Below, one piece after another: positions 50,967 through 60,682 of a stretch of 64,000 nt of DNA. The stretch spans positions 20,661-84,660 of the forward strand of contig MFEL01000010.1 of the NCBI GenBank assembly GCA_001777575.1. The letters are read 5' to 3'. Made by a program: the position numbers and the translations under genes. Under the pieces are notes generated by a model, which had not been told where the DNA came from, searched no databases, and was given only the letters and a program-made list of their open reading frames with translations. This DNA comes from Candidatus Doudnabacteria bacterium RIFCSPHIGHO2_01_FULL_46_24. Lineage in GTDB: Bacteria; Patescibacteriota; Doudnabacteria; UBA920; O2-02-FULL-48-8. Position 1 is the first letter of the stretch, and every line of letters starts with the position of its first letter.

Positions 50967-51713
50967 TTATTTTGTCACACGATCTAAAATCTCGTCTGCC
51001 TGCATCAACTGTTGCGAAGTGTTGATGCCGAACGCTTCCAAAGGATCAACGGGAATGGTTTCAATCCTGGTGCCGTTTCGGATGCCGATTTCCAATAGAT
51101 CGGTCAAATAAAACTCACCATGTTTGTTTTGGCGCACAGCATCGATATTTCGCTTAAGCCATTCGGTCTGGAATAAATAAATGCTGGGATTGACTTCTAA
51201 AATATTCTTTTCCTGATCGCTTGCGTCGACAAGTTCCACATTTCTAACCAAATTGCCGTTTTCTCGAAGCAGCCGGCCGAAGCCGAAATGGGAAGCGTAA
51301 ATCCCTTCAAAGTGCGGCACTGTGCTTGAGAACATGGTAAATTCCAAGTTTCGTTGTAAATGATGCTGTATAAGCCTCTGCAGGCTCTGGGATTTTATAA
51401 ACGGCATGTCGCCATACAATATCAGCGCGTGTTCAGCGCTTACATGGGGAACAGCGGCCTTCACAGCCGCGCCCGTGCCATGCTCGTCGTTCTGAAACAC
51501 ATACTTAAACGAGCTTCCCAATGCCGACTGAACCAGCTGATATTTGTGCTTAACAACAACGATCGGCCTGGATTCCAAGCCAAGTTTTTCAACTTCTTTC
51601 AAGAGCCAAGAGATCAACGGCACGTTTTTCAGATGGACCAAAACCTTGGGCAAATCTGAAGCTCCCATTCTTGTCCCCTTGCCTCCGGCTAGAATTATCG
51701 GTTGAACATTCAT
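50967..51713 (-). CDS. GlmU N-terminal-like nucleotidyltransferase
   Basis: ILAGGKGTRM..LPKVL, GTG.AV, YGDMP, EFYLTD, GIN. Confidence 0.85.
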   Translation of the reverse strand: MNVQPIILAGGKGTRMGASDLPKVLVHLKNVPLISWLLKEVEKLGLESRPIVVVKHKYQLVQSALGSSFKYVFQNDEHGTGAAVKAAVPHVSAEHALILYGDMPFIKSQSLQRLIQHHLQRNLEFTMFSSTVPHFEGIYASHFGFGRLLRENGNLVRNVELVDASDQEKNILEVNPSIYLFQTEWLKRNIDAVRQNKHGEFYLTDLLEIGIRNGTRIETIPVDPLEAFGINTSQQLMQADEILDRVTK

Positions 51714-51763
51714 GCAATTGTTATGTTAAAAAGAAGAGAGGGGAAGAAGCAGGCCTTCCCCAT

Positions 51764-52825
51764 TCACACTACCGGCTGCGGATTGTGCTCGATGCGCCAC
51801 AGCAACTGCAGCCGCAAAAATGCATCGGCACGCACTTGCTGCCAGCACCAGCCTTCAAACTCTGGGTCCCGAGGAAGAGCCGAGAACAGCAGAAACCCAG
51901 CACCCTCATCTGCCCAAAGGAATTGATCCGGGCCCATCGGCGACCCGATGCCAACGCCGTACTCTGCACGCCATTGTCGGACGAATTGGAGGATCCGCTC
52001 CATGTCATCGTCCCATTCCAGCGGACGCAGCTCAGTCATAGCCACCTCTCTGGTTCTGATTACAGCTCGAACTTCGTCCAGCTCCTCGCTGGTGTTGACT
52101 CCGAGCGCTTCGCTTGCGTCTTCCAGAGGCACTTCCAGGATCTTCGCACCCTGGTCGTGCGCGATCAACAGCAGCTTGGGCAAGTGCAGCTCCGGCGGAT
52201 GGCCGTCGCCTTTGTCTACAGGTGGGATGTGCGACAAGTTTTGAGCCAGCCACTTCCGCTTAAAGACATACAGCGATGGATTTACAGTCGCCGCTCCCGA
52301 AAGCATCCGGCCGGCAAGCTCTGATGGTTCAAACGCTGCCAAAATGGCGCCGCGCTCATCCCGGGCGATACGACCGTACCGCTCGGTACTGTGTCCCGGC
52401 CGCAAACGCAGCGTGACCATGCTGATTGCAGCATCGCCATCATTTAAGTGTGCCTTTGCCAATCTCCGCAGGGTGTCCGGCCTCCACAAAGGCATGTCGC
52501 CAAATGTGACGAGCACGTCTGCAGCATCGCCGAGCTCTGGCAGGGCACAACGTACGGCGTCAGCAGCCCCATATCTTCCCGCCTGCTCAACGATTCGCAA
52601 GCCGCGGCATTCAAAGGGTTCCAGCGCTTTCCGAATCTGCGCACCGTAACCATTGTTGCCAACAACAACGGCAAGCTGATCCTCAATGCCTGCTTCCAGC
52701 ACGATACGGATGATCCGCTGAATCATCAGTTCGTCGCCGGTCGTTTCCAGTACTTTCGGGCTGGAACGAACAGGGCAGACTGACCCCCAGCCGGCAGCTG
52801 GAATAACACACGCAAGCTTTCCCAC
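51764..52825 (-). CDS. Divergent GlmU-like nucleotidyltransferase with extra C-terminal domain
   Basis: IPAAGWGS, PKVL, G.ADAV, GDMP, YGRI.RD, LGVNT. Confidence 0.75.
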   Translation of the reverse strand: MGKLACVIPAAGWGSVCPVRSSPKVLETTGDELMIQRIIRIVLEAGIEDQLAVVVGNNGYGAQIRKALEPFECRGLRIVEQAGRYGAADAVRCALPELGDAADVLVTFGDMPLWRPDTLRRLAKAHLNDGDAAISMVTLRLRPGHSTERYGRIARDERGAILAAFEPSELAGRMLSGAATVNPSLYVFKRKWLAQNLSHIPPVDKGDGHPPELHLPKLLLIAHDQGAKILEVPLEDASEALGVNTSEELDEVRAVIRTREVAMTELRPLEWDDDMERILQFVRQWRAEYGVGIGSPMGPDQFLWADEGAGFLLFSALPRDPEFEGWCWQQVRADAFLRLQLLWRIEHNPQPVV

Positions 52826-52876
52826 GATGTCCTCCTTCGTGTTTCCCAGCCAAAACTGGTTTCCAAGTTCAATCGG

Positions 52877-53623
52877 CTATAATTTGCTCCAATTGAACTC
52901 AAAAATGAGTTTCTGCGTCTCAGCAATTTCCCGATTTTGAATTAGCACACCGACCGGATTGTCAGTGTTGTCCAGACTGATATGCGCGACCTTGCCGTCA
53001 TAAATCAGTTCGTAAGTCGCGTCGAGGCCGGTTTTTCGGCTCGCTATCCACCTTCTTTCATCCAGGCCGACCAGCTGCCCGCCTTCTCCTAAGGATATGG
53101 TCTGCACGGCAATTCCCCGCTTGATGCGCTTGCTGCTGAAATCCGGCATGGCAGCATAGACATTTTTACGGACACTGGCCGAGGAAAAAACATAGTATTT
53201 TTTTTCTGAAGCCTTTTCCATGCTATCCAGCACGTCCTGAAGTATGGCCCGAATGCCCTCCGGTCCTTCGTAGAGCTTGACCACAGGTTTGCCTCCCCTT
53301 TTTTCAAAAATCAACTTAAGCTCAGGTAGGGTTTCTTCCACTTGCTTTTTGACCTTTTCAAGTTCCTTTTGCTTTCGCTCAACCAGCATAAGGATTTTCT
53401 CCGGGTCGCTGGCCACAAAATATTGGTGCGTGGTCTTGTCCAAATAATTCACCAAGTCCAACTCAAGCAGTCTCTTGAGAATGTCATATGTGGTACCGCG
53501 ATTGATCTTGGAATGCTGCGCCAGGGTTCGTACCGGCACGGCGCCCAATTCTATAAGACACAGATAAATCGCGATCTCCTTGTCAGTCAAGCCTATTTCT
53601 TTAAGCAAGCTTTCAGTTTGCAT
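52877..53623 (-). CDS. TrmB-family transcriptional regulator
   Basis: GLTDKE..IY..L, INRGTTYDIL..L, YEG.EGI. Confidence 0.87.
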   Translation of the reverse strand: MQTESLLKEIGLTDKEIAIYLCLIELGAVPVRTLAQHSKINRGTTYDILKRLLELDLVNYLDKTTHQYFVASDPEKILMLVERKQKELEKVKKQVEETLPELKLIFEKRGGKPVVKLYEGPEGIRAILQDVLDSMEKASEKKYYVFSSASVRKNVYAAMPDFSSKRIKRGIAVQTISLGEGGQLVGLDERRWIASRKTGLDATYELIYDGKVAHISLDNTDNPVGVLIQNREIAETQKLIFEFNWSKL

Positions 53624-53743
53624 GGCATAGCCATTTTACTTTTTTCGTCGGGCAGGTGTCAAATTTATTTCTGCAGTAAATCGAAAATAGCCTCAAATAT
53701 GAGGCTATTTTACGATTTTTCTTGTCAATCTAAAATTGACAAA

Positions 53744-55507
53744 TTAAAATTTTACCGTCTCGCCAGGCTGGATATGTCCTGTCTGGTCATGACTTTTATC
53801 CACAGGTAAATCTGCTTCTTGCTGCGGCTTTTTTAAGGATTCCGCCAGACCCTTGCTCAGGGTTTCAACTGCAGACTCTGTTTTCTTCGTCTGCTGATTG
53901 AGTACCTTGTCCCAAACCGGATTATCCGGCTTTTTCTCATTACTTCTTCGGGTGGAATGCTCTTGGGTTTGCTTTTGCCTTCTCTCAATCTGCCTGCGAT
54001 CCTCTCGCTGAGGTTTCTTTTGCTCAGTTGGCTTAAACGGTGCGGTGCGGTCAGTCTTTGGTTCAAGCGGGTCTGCCTGCCCAGCATCAGCTTGGTGCTG
54101 GGTCTGCCTGATGGCTTGGGCGCTCCCTGCCGTTACACGCTCGCGATAGCGCAGCTCTTCCTGCAGGTCTTGCTGGTCCACCGCCGCACTCTCGGCCTGG
54201 GCAGCCTCTGCATGAAACTCAGCGCCCATCCATTTGTTGATTTTTTCCTCGATCACAGACCTGGGCGTGGCGTAACGCTCTCTGGAAACTTTAATCACTT
54301 TTTCGGTGTTACCGGTGGGAACCGAGATTGGGGGCAGAGTGGTTGCGGAAAACGGATGCGAGGCCACACCGTTAATCATCAGTTTGAGATAAATATTGTA
54401 CTTGGCTAAATTCACCAAATCATTCATCGTATATTCCGGCTCAAATTCCTTTTCCAGAAACTCGGCATCTTCCGCTCCCATCCTGAAACAAACCATGGTC
54501 CCGACGTTGCCGAAAATGGCGTCCCGAACCGTTGTGTTTCGCTCAAATACCAGCTGGCCGATATACTGGTGCGCCACGATTAGGTTGAGTCGGTACTTCC
54601 TGGCTTCGGATAATATATTGGCAAAAGAATTGGTCGCGAAATTTTGGAACTCGTCGACGTAAAGGTAAAAATCTTCGCGAGTTTCCTCGGGTATATCCAC
54701 CCGGCTCATGGCCGCCAGCTGCAATTTGGTGATGAGCATCGCACCCAGCAGGGCGGAGTTGTCTTCCCCAATGCGGCCCTTGGACAGGTTGATCAAAAAG
54801 ATCTTCTTGTTATCCATAATATCGCGCAAATCTATGGCGCTTTTAGTCTGGCCGACTATGTTGCGGATGATGGCCGAGGAAAGAAATTGCCCAACCTTGT
54901 TTTGGATAGGGGCAATGGCTTCGTTTCGGAATTTATCGTTATAATTGGCAAATTCGTCCACCCAAAAAGACTTGACCACCGGGTCTTTGATATTGTCCAC
55001 AATTTTTTTTCGGTAAGCTTTATTGACCAGCATCCGCGCAATCCCAAGCATGGTGTTGCCGGGAGAGTCAAGCAGGGCCAAAATCGTGTTGCTTAAAATA
55101 TATTCCATCCTGGCCGACCACACTCCGGCCCAGATTTTGGTAAACACCCCCATCAATCCCGAGGCGACCAAATGCTTGTATTTGGGATCCACCGCTTCCA
55201 GCGGATTGAACGCGATCGGAAAGTCCAAATCAGCCGGATTGAAATAAACCACGTCATTGACTCTGTCGGAGGGGATATATTCCAAGACTTTTTCCACCGA
55301 ATCGCCGTGCGGATCGACAAACGTCACGCCGTGTCCGTTTTGGATATCCTGAACGACCATATTCTCGATCAAAGTGGTTTTACCCATGCCGGTTTTTCCA
55401 ATGATGTACATGTGCCGGCGCCGGTCGTCTTGGCGGATGCCAAAAGGCGTTTCGCGGTTGCGAAAATTGGTTTTGGCGAACAAGATGATATCGTTATTCT
55501 GGTCCAT
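53744..55507 (-). CDS. VirB4/TraG-like (DUF87) P-loop ATPase
   Basis: DRRRHMYIIGKTGMGKT, DPHGD, YVDEFQNF, SEARKY.L.L..AHQ. Confidence 0.87.
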   Translation of the reverse strand: MDQNNDIILFAKTNFRNRETPFGIRQDDRRRHMYIIGKTGMGKTTLIENMVVQDIQNGHGVTFVDPHGDSVEKVLEYIPSDRVNDVVYFNPADLDFPIAFNPLEAVDPKYKHLVASGLMGVFTKIWAGVWSARMEYILSNTILALLDSPGNTMLGIARMLVNKAYRKKIVDNIKDPVVKSFWVDEFANYNDKFRNEAIAPIQNKVGQFLSSAIIRNIVGQTKSAIDLRDIMDNKKIFLINLSKGRIGEDNSALLGAMLITKLQLAAMSRVDIPEETREDFYLYVDEFQNFATNSFANILSEARKYRLNLIVAHQYIGQLVFERNTTVRDAIFGNVGTMVCFRMGAEDAEFLEKEFEPEYTMNDLVNLAKYNIYLKLMINGVASHPFSATTLPPISVPTGNTEKVIKVSRERYATPRSVIEEKINKWMGAEFHAEAAQAESAAVDQQDLQEELRYRERVTAGSAQAIRQTQHQADAGQADPLEPKTDRTAPFKPTEQKKPQREDRRQIERRQKQTQEHSTRRSNEKKPDNPVWDKVLNQQTKKTESAVETLSKGLAESLKKPQQEADLPVDKSHDQTGHIQPGETVKF

Positions 55508-55511
55508 AATT

Positions 55512-56822
55512 TTAACCAATCGGTAAATCAGCCGGCGGAGCTGATTTGACTGCCTGAACTTTTTCAAGCTGGGAGACCCTGACATTCGGCGCAACTGGGA
55601 AATGAAAAACCGTGGCGAGCTCTTCGGTATTCATATAGTTCTCTCCAGTTCCCTGCCAAATTTTTCGCCCGAGGAAATAATGCCACATATGGCGCTTGCG
55701 GACCAAGGTTTGGTGGCGCAAAGCCGGGGCTTCCAAAGTTGGCGACAGCTTATAATCCGGGTTGGTCCAGGTGTGGGCGATATCCGGCTTAAGGCCGTTC
55801 AAATTCACATCATCAAAATTGCGGAATGCGCCAATAATCTCCGGCACGCGCAATGATCGGTTGAACTTGTCCTTGGGCGCCAGATAAAGCAGGCGAAGTT
55901 TGAACTTGTAATAAATTTTGCCAAGAGCATTCTCCACGTCTGCAATAATTTTTTTTTCCACGTCGCTTTTGTGCAGCATCAGAGTCGGCGGCTCTTCCTT
56001 GACATGCTGTTGTTCCACTTCTGCTTCAACTCCCATAATATCATGCACTAAAATATCCATAAAATACCTGGGAATGGAGATAACACTGTTAAACCAGCCG
56101 TTCTTATGTTCAGAGCGAGCGCCCTTGAGTTCGTCCAAAAGATACTTGGTGTTTTTTTTCCAGTCGTCATTAATCGGCTGGATGCAAAGCTGGTAAGCCA
56201 GCAGTTCCCAGGGTTGAATATTGCTCATAACTTCAATAATATTGGATACCGGGTCAATGAATGTCTCCTGCTCCTTGTGTTCAAATCCCATAATCAGCCG
56301 GATGGGATAGGCATTGTCTTTTTTTTTGTTCAGCTGTGTGCCCCAAAATTCAAAATCAGCGGATTGAGGATAATACTCATGCGGCATATTCCTGAGGTAG
56401 TCTTCGGTTTCACTAATCTCGGCTCTTGGGTACTGGGCGAAAATAGCGCTCTCCAAAAGCGCGCGATAACGCTTTGGTATTTTGAATATGTACGAAACCT
56501 TGCCGCCGAGAGAAACAATTTCGCAAGACAACCACAACACGCTCTTGCCGCCAAATAGAGTTTCACCGAAGCTGTAATTGGTATGGATTGCGTGGAGCGC
56601 GGCGAATACTTGCTCCATGGCTAACGACGAGCGCTCGTTCAGGTCATGAATTTTAAGCTCCAAGAAAATCCATTCAATGCTGTTAATATAAGCCGTATTG
56701 TTTTTGATCGTGGTCAGCTTGTACCACATCCAAAGCAGCAGGCCCAAAAAAAATACCCAGCCAAATGGGACCAAGCCGTAATCCACCGCAAAACTGAATA
56801 AATCTCGTAGCGCTTGAATCAT
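55512..56822 (-). CDS. Membrane-anchored conserved hypothetical protein, partner of the ATPase
   Basis: N-terminal TM; AMEQVF..LH, AQYP.AEI, EELAT.FHFP, PP.DLP. Confidence 0.72.
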   Translation of the reverse strand: MIQALRDLFSFAVDYGLVPFGWVFFLGLLLWMWYKLTTIKNNTAYINSIEWIFLELKIHDLNERSSLAMEQVFAALHAIHTNYSFGETLFGGKSVLWLSCEIVSLGGKVSYIFKIPKRYRALLESAIFAQYPRAEISETEDYLRNMPHEYYPQSADFEFWGTQLNKKKDNAYPIRLIMGFEHKEQETFIDPVSNIIEVMSNIQPWELLAYQLCIQPINDDWKKNTKYLLDELKGARSEHKNGWFNSVISIPRYFMDILVHDIMGVEAEVEQQHVKEEPPTLMLHKSDVEKKIIADVENALGKIYYKFKLRLLYLAPKDKFNRSLRVPEIIGAFRNFDDVNLNGLKPDIAHTWTNPDYKLSPTLEAPALRHQTLVRKRHMWHYFLGRKIWQGTGENYMNTEELATVFHFPVAPNVRVSQLEKVQAVKSAPPADLPIG

Positions 56823-56828
56823 GGAAAA

Positions 56829-57929
56829 TTAAACCAAAGTGAATTTATCTTTGCCGACTTTCTGAAAACGCTTCTTATTGGACAGGCCGACGAGGATCGT
56901 ATTGCGCTTGACCATGCGGCGTTTCAACACCTCGTTGATGATCTCATCGCGGGAAAGCGGCCGCTGAGCGGCGGTCAACGTTTCTATAATCACATCGGCA
57001 ACTACGCCTTTTTTATACCCCCATTCGGAAAGCGCATAAATCCCCCGGCCGATCAGGACAAACCGGTTATCTTTAATCAGCTCATTATGGACCGTCTCCT
57101 GATAGGCTGTCCGGTGGTCAAACTTACGCGCGTTGATCATCTTGGTGATGATCGAATAGTGCTCCGGTTTGCCGTGATGCTTCAAAACCAGATAAGCCTT
57201 GTCGCCCACATCCCGCGGCCTGACTTCATTCCAACTGGCCAGACCGATTTCTCCAAACGGATTGATCAGAATTTGTTTGGATAAGCTTAGATAGCTTTTC
57301 AACACCTTGTCGGTCAGCTCAAACTGGTGTCGCCGATAATAGTCAGTGTCCTTGAGTTTGGCGCTTAAGTCATCCTGCTTAAACACACGGCCCTCTGCCT
57401 TCAAAATATCAATCAGGACTGCTATAGTTCCGGTAAGCCGCTCTTCGTTAAACCCGGCCAATGCAAAAGCATGGTAGTAATCGCCGGTCTCTTTCCATTC
57501 ATGAAACTGCTCGCCCACCGCCAGTAAAAACTTAACTGCCTGGCGATCTTTCTCGTTTTCTTTACCGGGCAAGAGAGTTTCCAGGAAAAATTCCTCAGAC
57601 ATGACATCCCCATACTCGGCAATAGTGTCGAAAATCAAGCGCAGCGCCGCTTCCAGCTCTGTCCCGCCTTTGTGTCGCAGAGCCTCAATCGAATCCTTTT
57701 CAATTTGCCGCACCCTTTCTCTGGTGAGATTGTGCTGTGTGCCAATCGCCTCGAGTGTGGAAAGTTCCCGTCCTTCCAGCCCGAACCGCCGGACAAGTAT
57801 TTCCCTGTCTCGTTCTTTGAGCATTGCCAAAAGTTTGCTTACAATCCCTTCCGGCTCAAAGGACGAAAGGCTGCTCTGGGTCTGCGAACCCATGATAGTA
57901 TCAAGTATGTTGGAAGATAATTCTGTCAT
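56829..57929 (-). CDS. Sigma70 region-4 HTH plus winged-helix (RNAP delta-like) protein
   Basis: RRFGL...TLE.IG....LTRERVRQIE; TVHNELI...RFVLIGRGIYAL.EWGY. Confidence 0.8.
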   Translation of the reverse strand: MTELSSNILDTIMGSQTQSSLSSFEPEGIVSKLLAMLKERDREILVRRFGLEGRELSTLEAIGTQHNLTRERVRQIEKDSIEALRHKGGTELEAALRLIFDTIAEYGDVMSEEFFLETLLPGKENEKDRQAVKFLLAVGEQFHEWKETGDYYHAFALAGFNEERLTGTIAVLIDILKAEGRVFKQDDLSAKLKDTDYYRRHQFELTDKVLKSYLSLSKQILINPFGEIGLASWNEVRPRDVGDKAYLVLKHHGKPEHYSIITKMINARKFDHRTAYQETVHNELIKDNRFVLIGRGIYALSEWGYKKGVVADVIIETLTAAQRPLSRDEIINEVLKRRMVKRNTILVGLSNKKRFQKVGKDKFTLV

Positions 57930-58011
57930 ATATTACAGTATAGCACAAAACTAGATTTCTGTCAACTCCTAATGGATTGACCTCTAAATAACTACCAGGC
58001 ATAATTTCTTT

Positions 58012-58227
58012 ATGAATACCCCAGAAGCCCGGCGATTCGAAACGCCCAGCATAGCTCACGAGGATCGCGACTGCGCACTGTGCGGCCAGCCAGAGGGCAC
58101 CAATCCCTCCTGTGATGCCTGCGCGAGGATCATGGGCGCCCAAAGGAGGGATCAGATGCTCCGCGATATTGAAGCGGAGGGAAAACGTCTTGGTTTAGGA
58201 AAAACTAAGCGAAATAAAAGACGCTAA
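58012..58227 (+). CDS. Small CxxC..CxxC hypothetical protein
   Basis: CALCG...CDAC; hairpin and T-tract at about 58247-58271. Confidence 0.5.
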   Translation: MNTPEARRFETPSIAHEDRDCALCGQPEGTNPSCDACARIMGAQRRDQMLRDIEAEGKRLGLGKTKRNKRR

Positions 58228-58309
58228 CCCTTTCAACGTATAAATACCTCCGGTCCGGAGGATATTTTTTTGCCAAATGTTTTTTTAAGCCAACACGAAC
58301 CGCAAGAGA

Positions 58310-59209
58310 TTATCCCGAGCGACGCCTTTGCCAATTGTGCCACACCAAAAGCAACGGCGAGGCGATGAAAATCGAAGAATAAGTCCCAGCCGTGATGCCA
58401 ACCAAAAGCGCCAGCACGAACCAGCGAATAGTTTCGCCGCCGAACAAAAGCAGAGCCAGTAGCACGAAAATCACGGTTAAGGAAGTGTTAATGGATCGCA
58501 CTAACGTCTGGTTGATGCTGTTACTGATAATTTCCGATAACGGCAGTCCACCGCTGATTCGCAGATTCTCGCGGATGCGGTCAAAGACCACGATGGTGTC
58601 ATGCACCGAAAAGCCCAGCACAGTCAAGAGGGCTGTAATAAACAAACTGTCGATTTCGACGTGCAAGAACCGGCCCAAAATCGCAAACACGCCGATGACA
58701 ATCATCAAATCATGGACCAGGGCAACGATCGCGGCGATGCCGAATTTCCAAGATGACACGGGTTTGGAAACTTTTCTGAAAGCGTAGGCAATGTAGAAAA
58801 TGATGCCGAAACTGACCACGATCAGCTGCAACATGGCGGACGAGCGTAGCTCCCTGCCGATAACCGGACCGATGGAAGTAAACTGCTCCTCCTCCACCAA
58901 GCCGTATTTGTCCCCTAAAACCTGAAGCAGTCGGTCATGTTCTTTTTTTTCCATGGGCGGCGTTCGGACAATCGCCGACCTCTCCCCTGCCGGCTGGACA
59001 ACCAAATCGCCGAAATTGCTGTCACCCAAGAAGCCTCTGATTTCAGCCGCACTCGGCACATTGTCGCCAAACTTGACTTGGGTTAACGTTCCGCCATTAA
59101 AATCGATGCCAAAATTCAAGCCAAAGGCGATCAATGCCGCGATGCTGATTGCCAGGGCAACGCCTGAGACTAAAAACCAAAATTTGTAGTGCTTAATGAT
59201 GTTTAGCAT
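58310..59209 (-). CDS. secF: Protein translocase subunit SecF
   Basis: GIDFNGGT, GP.IG.EL, DTIVVFDRIRE, RSINTS, GTYSS. Confidence 0.96.
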   Translation of the reverse strand: MLNIIKHYKFWFLVSGVALAISIAALIAFGLNFGIDFNGGTLTQVKFGDNVPSAAEIRGFLGDSNFGDLVVQPAGERSAIVRTPPMEKKEHDRLLQVLGDKYGLVEEEQFTSIGPVIGRELRSSAMLQLIVVSFGIIFYIAYAFRKVSKPVSSWKFGIAAIVALVHDLMIVIGVFAILGRFLHVEIDSLFITALLTVLGFSVHDTIVVFDRIRENLRISGGLPLSEIISNSINQTLVRSINTSLTVIFVLLALLLFGGETIRWFVLALLVGITAGTYSSIFIASPLLLVWHNWQRRRSG

Positions 59210-59272
59210 AGTTCTGAGTTCTAAGTTTCTAAAGTTAAACGCAACTTTATGAACTTAGAACTTTATAAACTT
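59210..59272. repeat. AGAACT heptad inverted-repeat element, copy 3 (fills the secD-secF gap)
   Basis: 4 mismatches over 54 nt to 16928-16981. Confidence 0.85.
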
Positions 59273-60613
59273 TCAACTTTCCTCTGACATTTTTGGCACG
59301 CCGTACAGCCAATGATGCACTAAGAGATTATGCCCCACCAAAAGTCTTAAGAAAGTCCGCGTGAGCGTGATTGCGGTGAACATGGAAACGATGATGCCGA
59401 TGGACAGGGTGATGGCAAAACCGCGGATGATACTGGAGCCGAAGTAACCCAAGATAAAGGTGGTGATCAAGCTGGAGAAGTTGGAATCGCGGACGGACAG
59501 CCAGGCGCGCTTAAATCCCTCCTCCACCGCCTGCTCCAAGGTCCGACCCTTGCGCAATTCTTCCTTCAGGCGTTCAAAAATTAAAATATTGGCATCCACC
59601 GCCATGCCGATGGACAGGATAAAGCCGGCAATGCCCGCTAGCGTAAATGTGATGCCGAAAACTTTGAACAAGGCAATGCTGAGAGCGGTATAAATGGAAA
59701 GTGCGATGACGGCCAACAAACCGGGCAGGCGGTAGTAAACAATCATGAATAGGGCGATAATGGCAAAACCGATCAAACCGGCAGCCACGCTTTTCTGAAC
59801 CGATGCCAGTCCCAATGTAGCGCCGACATTCTGCTGTTGGATAAGTTTGATCGGCACTGGCAAAGCTCCCGAGTTGAGCCTGGTCACCAATTCCTTGGCT
59901 TCCTGCACCGTAAATTGACCGGTAATCACGGCCCGGCCATCAGTGATGGCGGTTTGCACCGTGGGTGCGGATAAAATTTGGCCGTCGAGGAAAATAGCCA
60001 CCCGCTTGCCGATATTGCGCTGAGTGATGTCAGCGAACTTTTTGGTCCCTTCAGCGTCGAACTGCAGCGAAATCTGAGGGACTCCGGTCCGTTGATCAAA
60101 TTCCAAACTCGCGCGCTTGAATTCCTTGCCGGTTAAACCTGTGGGGATAAAGGCCTGGTCAGCGCTGATAGTCACTTCGCCATTCACATCCGGGGTCACT
60201 TCGGGCGGATTGGGGTTTTCTACGCGGAATTCCAAAAACGGCGTTTGGCCGATCAGCTTGATCGCTTCATCGATGTCTTTCACCCCGGGCAATTCGATAA
60301 TGATGCGATCTGTTCCCGAGACCTGCACCAAGGGTTCGGATACGCCAAAGGCATTGACGCGCCGCTCGATAACGTCCCGGGCCGAATTCATGGCGTCGGC
60401 ACGGGCGTCTTGAGGAATGTCTTTGAGGTTACCCTCATAGACCAAGTGGGTGCCGCCCTGTAAATCTAAGCCCAAATTGAGCTTGAACTGCTTCTCAAAA
60501 TTGATTCTGGCCCATTTCAGGCTGATTTTACTCCCAGCCGGCAAGGCAATATAAAAAACCGCCCCAGCCAGCAGCAGAATCAGGATAAATTTGAAATATA
60601 AACCCTTGCGCAT
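59273..60613 (-). CDS. secD: Protein translocase subunit SecD
   Basis: LGLDLQGG, RVNAFGVSEP, GMAVDANILIFER. Confidence 0.96.
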   Translation of the reverse strand: MRKGLYFKFILILLLAGAVFYIALPAGSKISLKWARINFEKQFKLNLGLDLQGGTHLVYEGNLKDIPQDARADAMNSARDVIERRVNAFGVSEPLVQVSGTDRIIIELPGVKDIDEAIKLIGQTPFLEFRVENPNPPEVTPDVNGEVTISADQAFIPTGLTGKEFKRASLEFDQRTGVPQISLQFDAEGTKKFADITQRNIGKRVAIFLDGQILSAPTVQTAITDGRAVITGQFTVQEAKELVTRLNSGALPVPIKLIQQQNVGATLGLASVQKSVAAGLIGFAIIALFMIVYYRLPGLLAVIALSIYTALSIALFKVFGITFTLAGIAGFILSIGMAVDANILIFERLKEELRKGRTLEQAVEEGFKRAWLSVRDSNFSSLITTFILGYFGSSIIRGFAITLSIGIIVSMFTAITLTRTFLRLLVGHNLLVHHWLYGVPKMSEES

Positions 60614-60682
60614 TGTTTGAGGTATTATAATGCTAATTTTTTATTTCCGCAACTGGGAATGCCAAGCGACAAAAGGATAGTT

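Noticed and set aside
53744-56822. Conjugative element based on the VirB4/TraG-like ATPase
   Set aside because: No relaxase, integrase or other T4SS genes; the pair sits among chromosomal genes.
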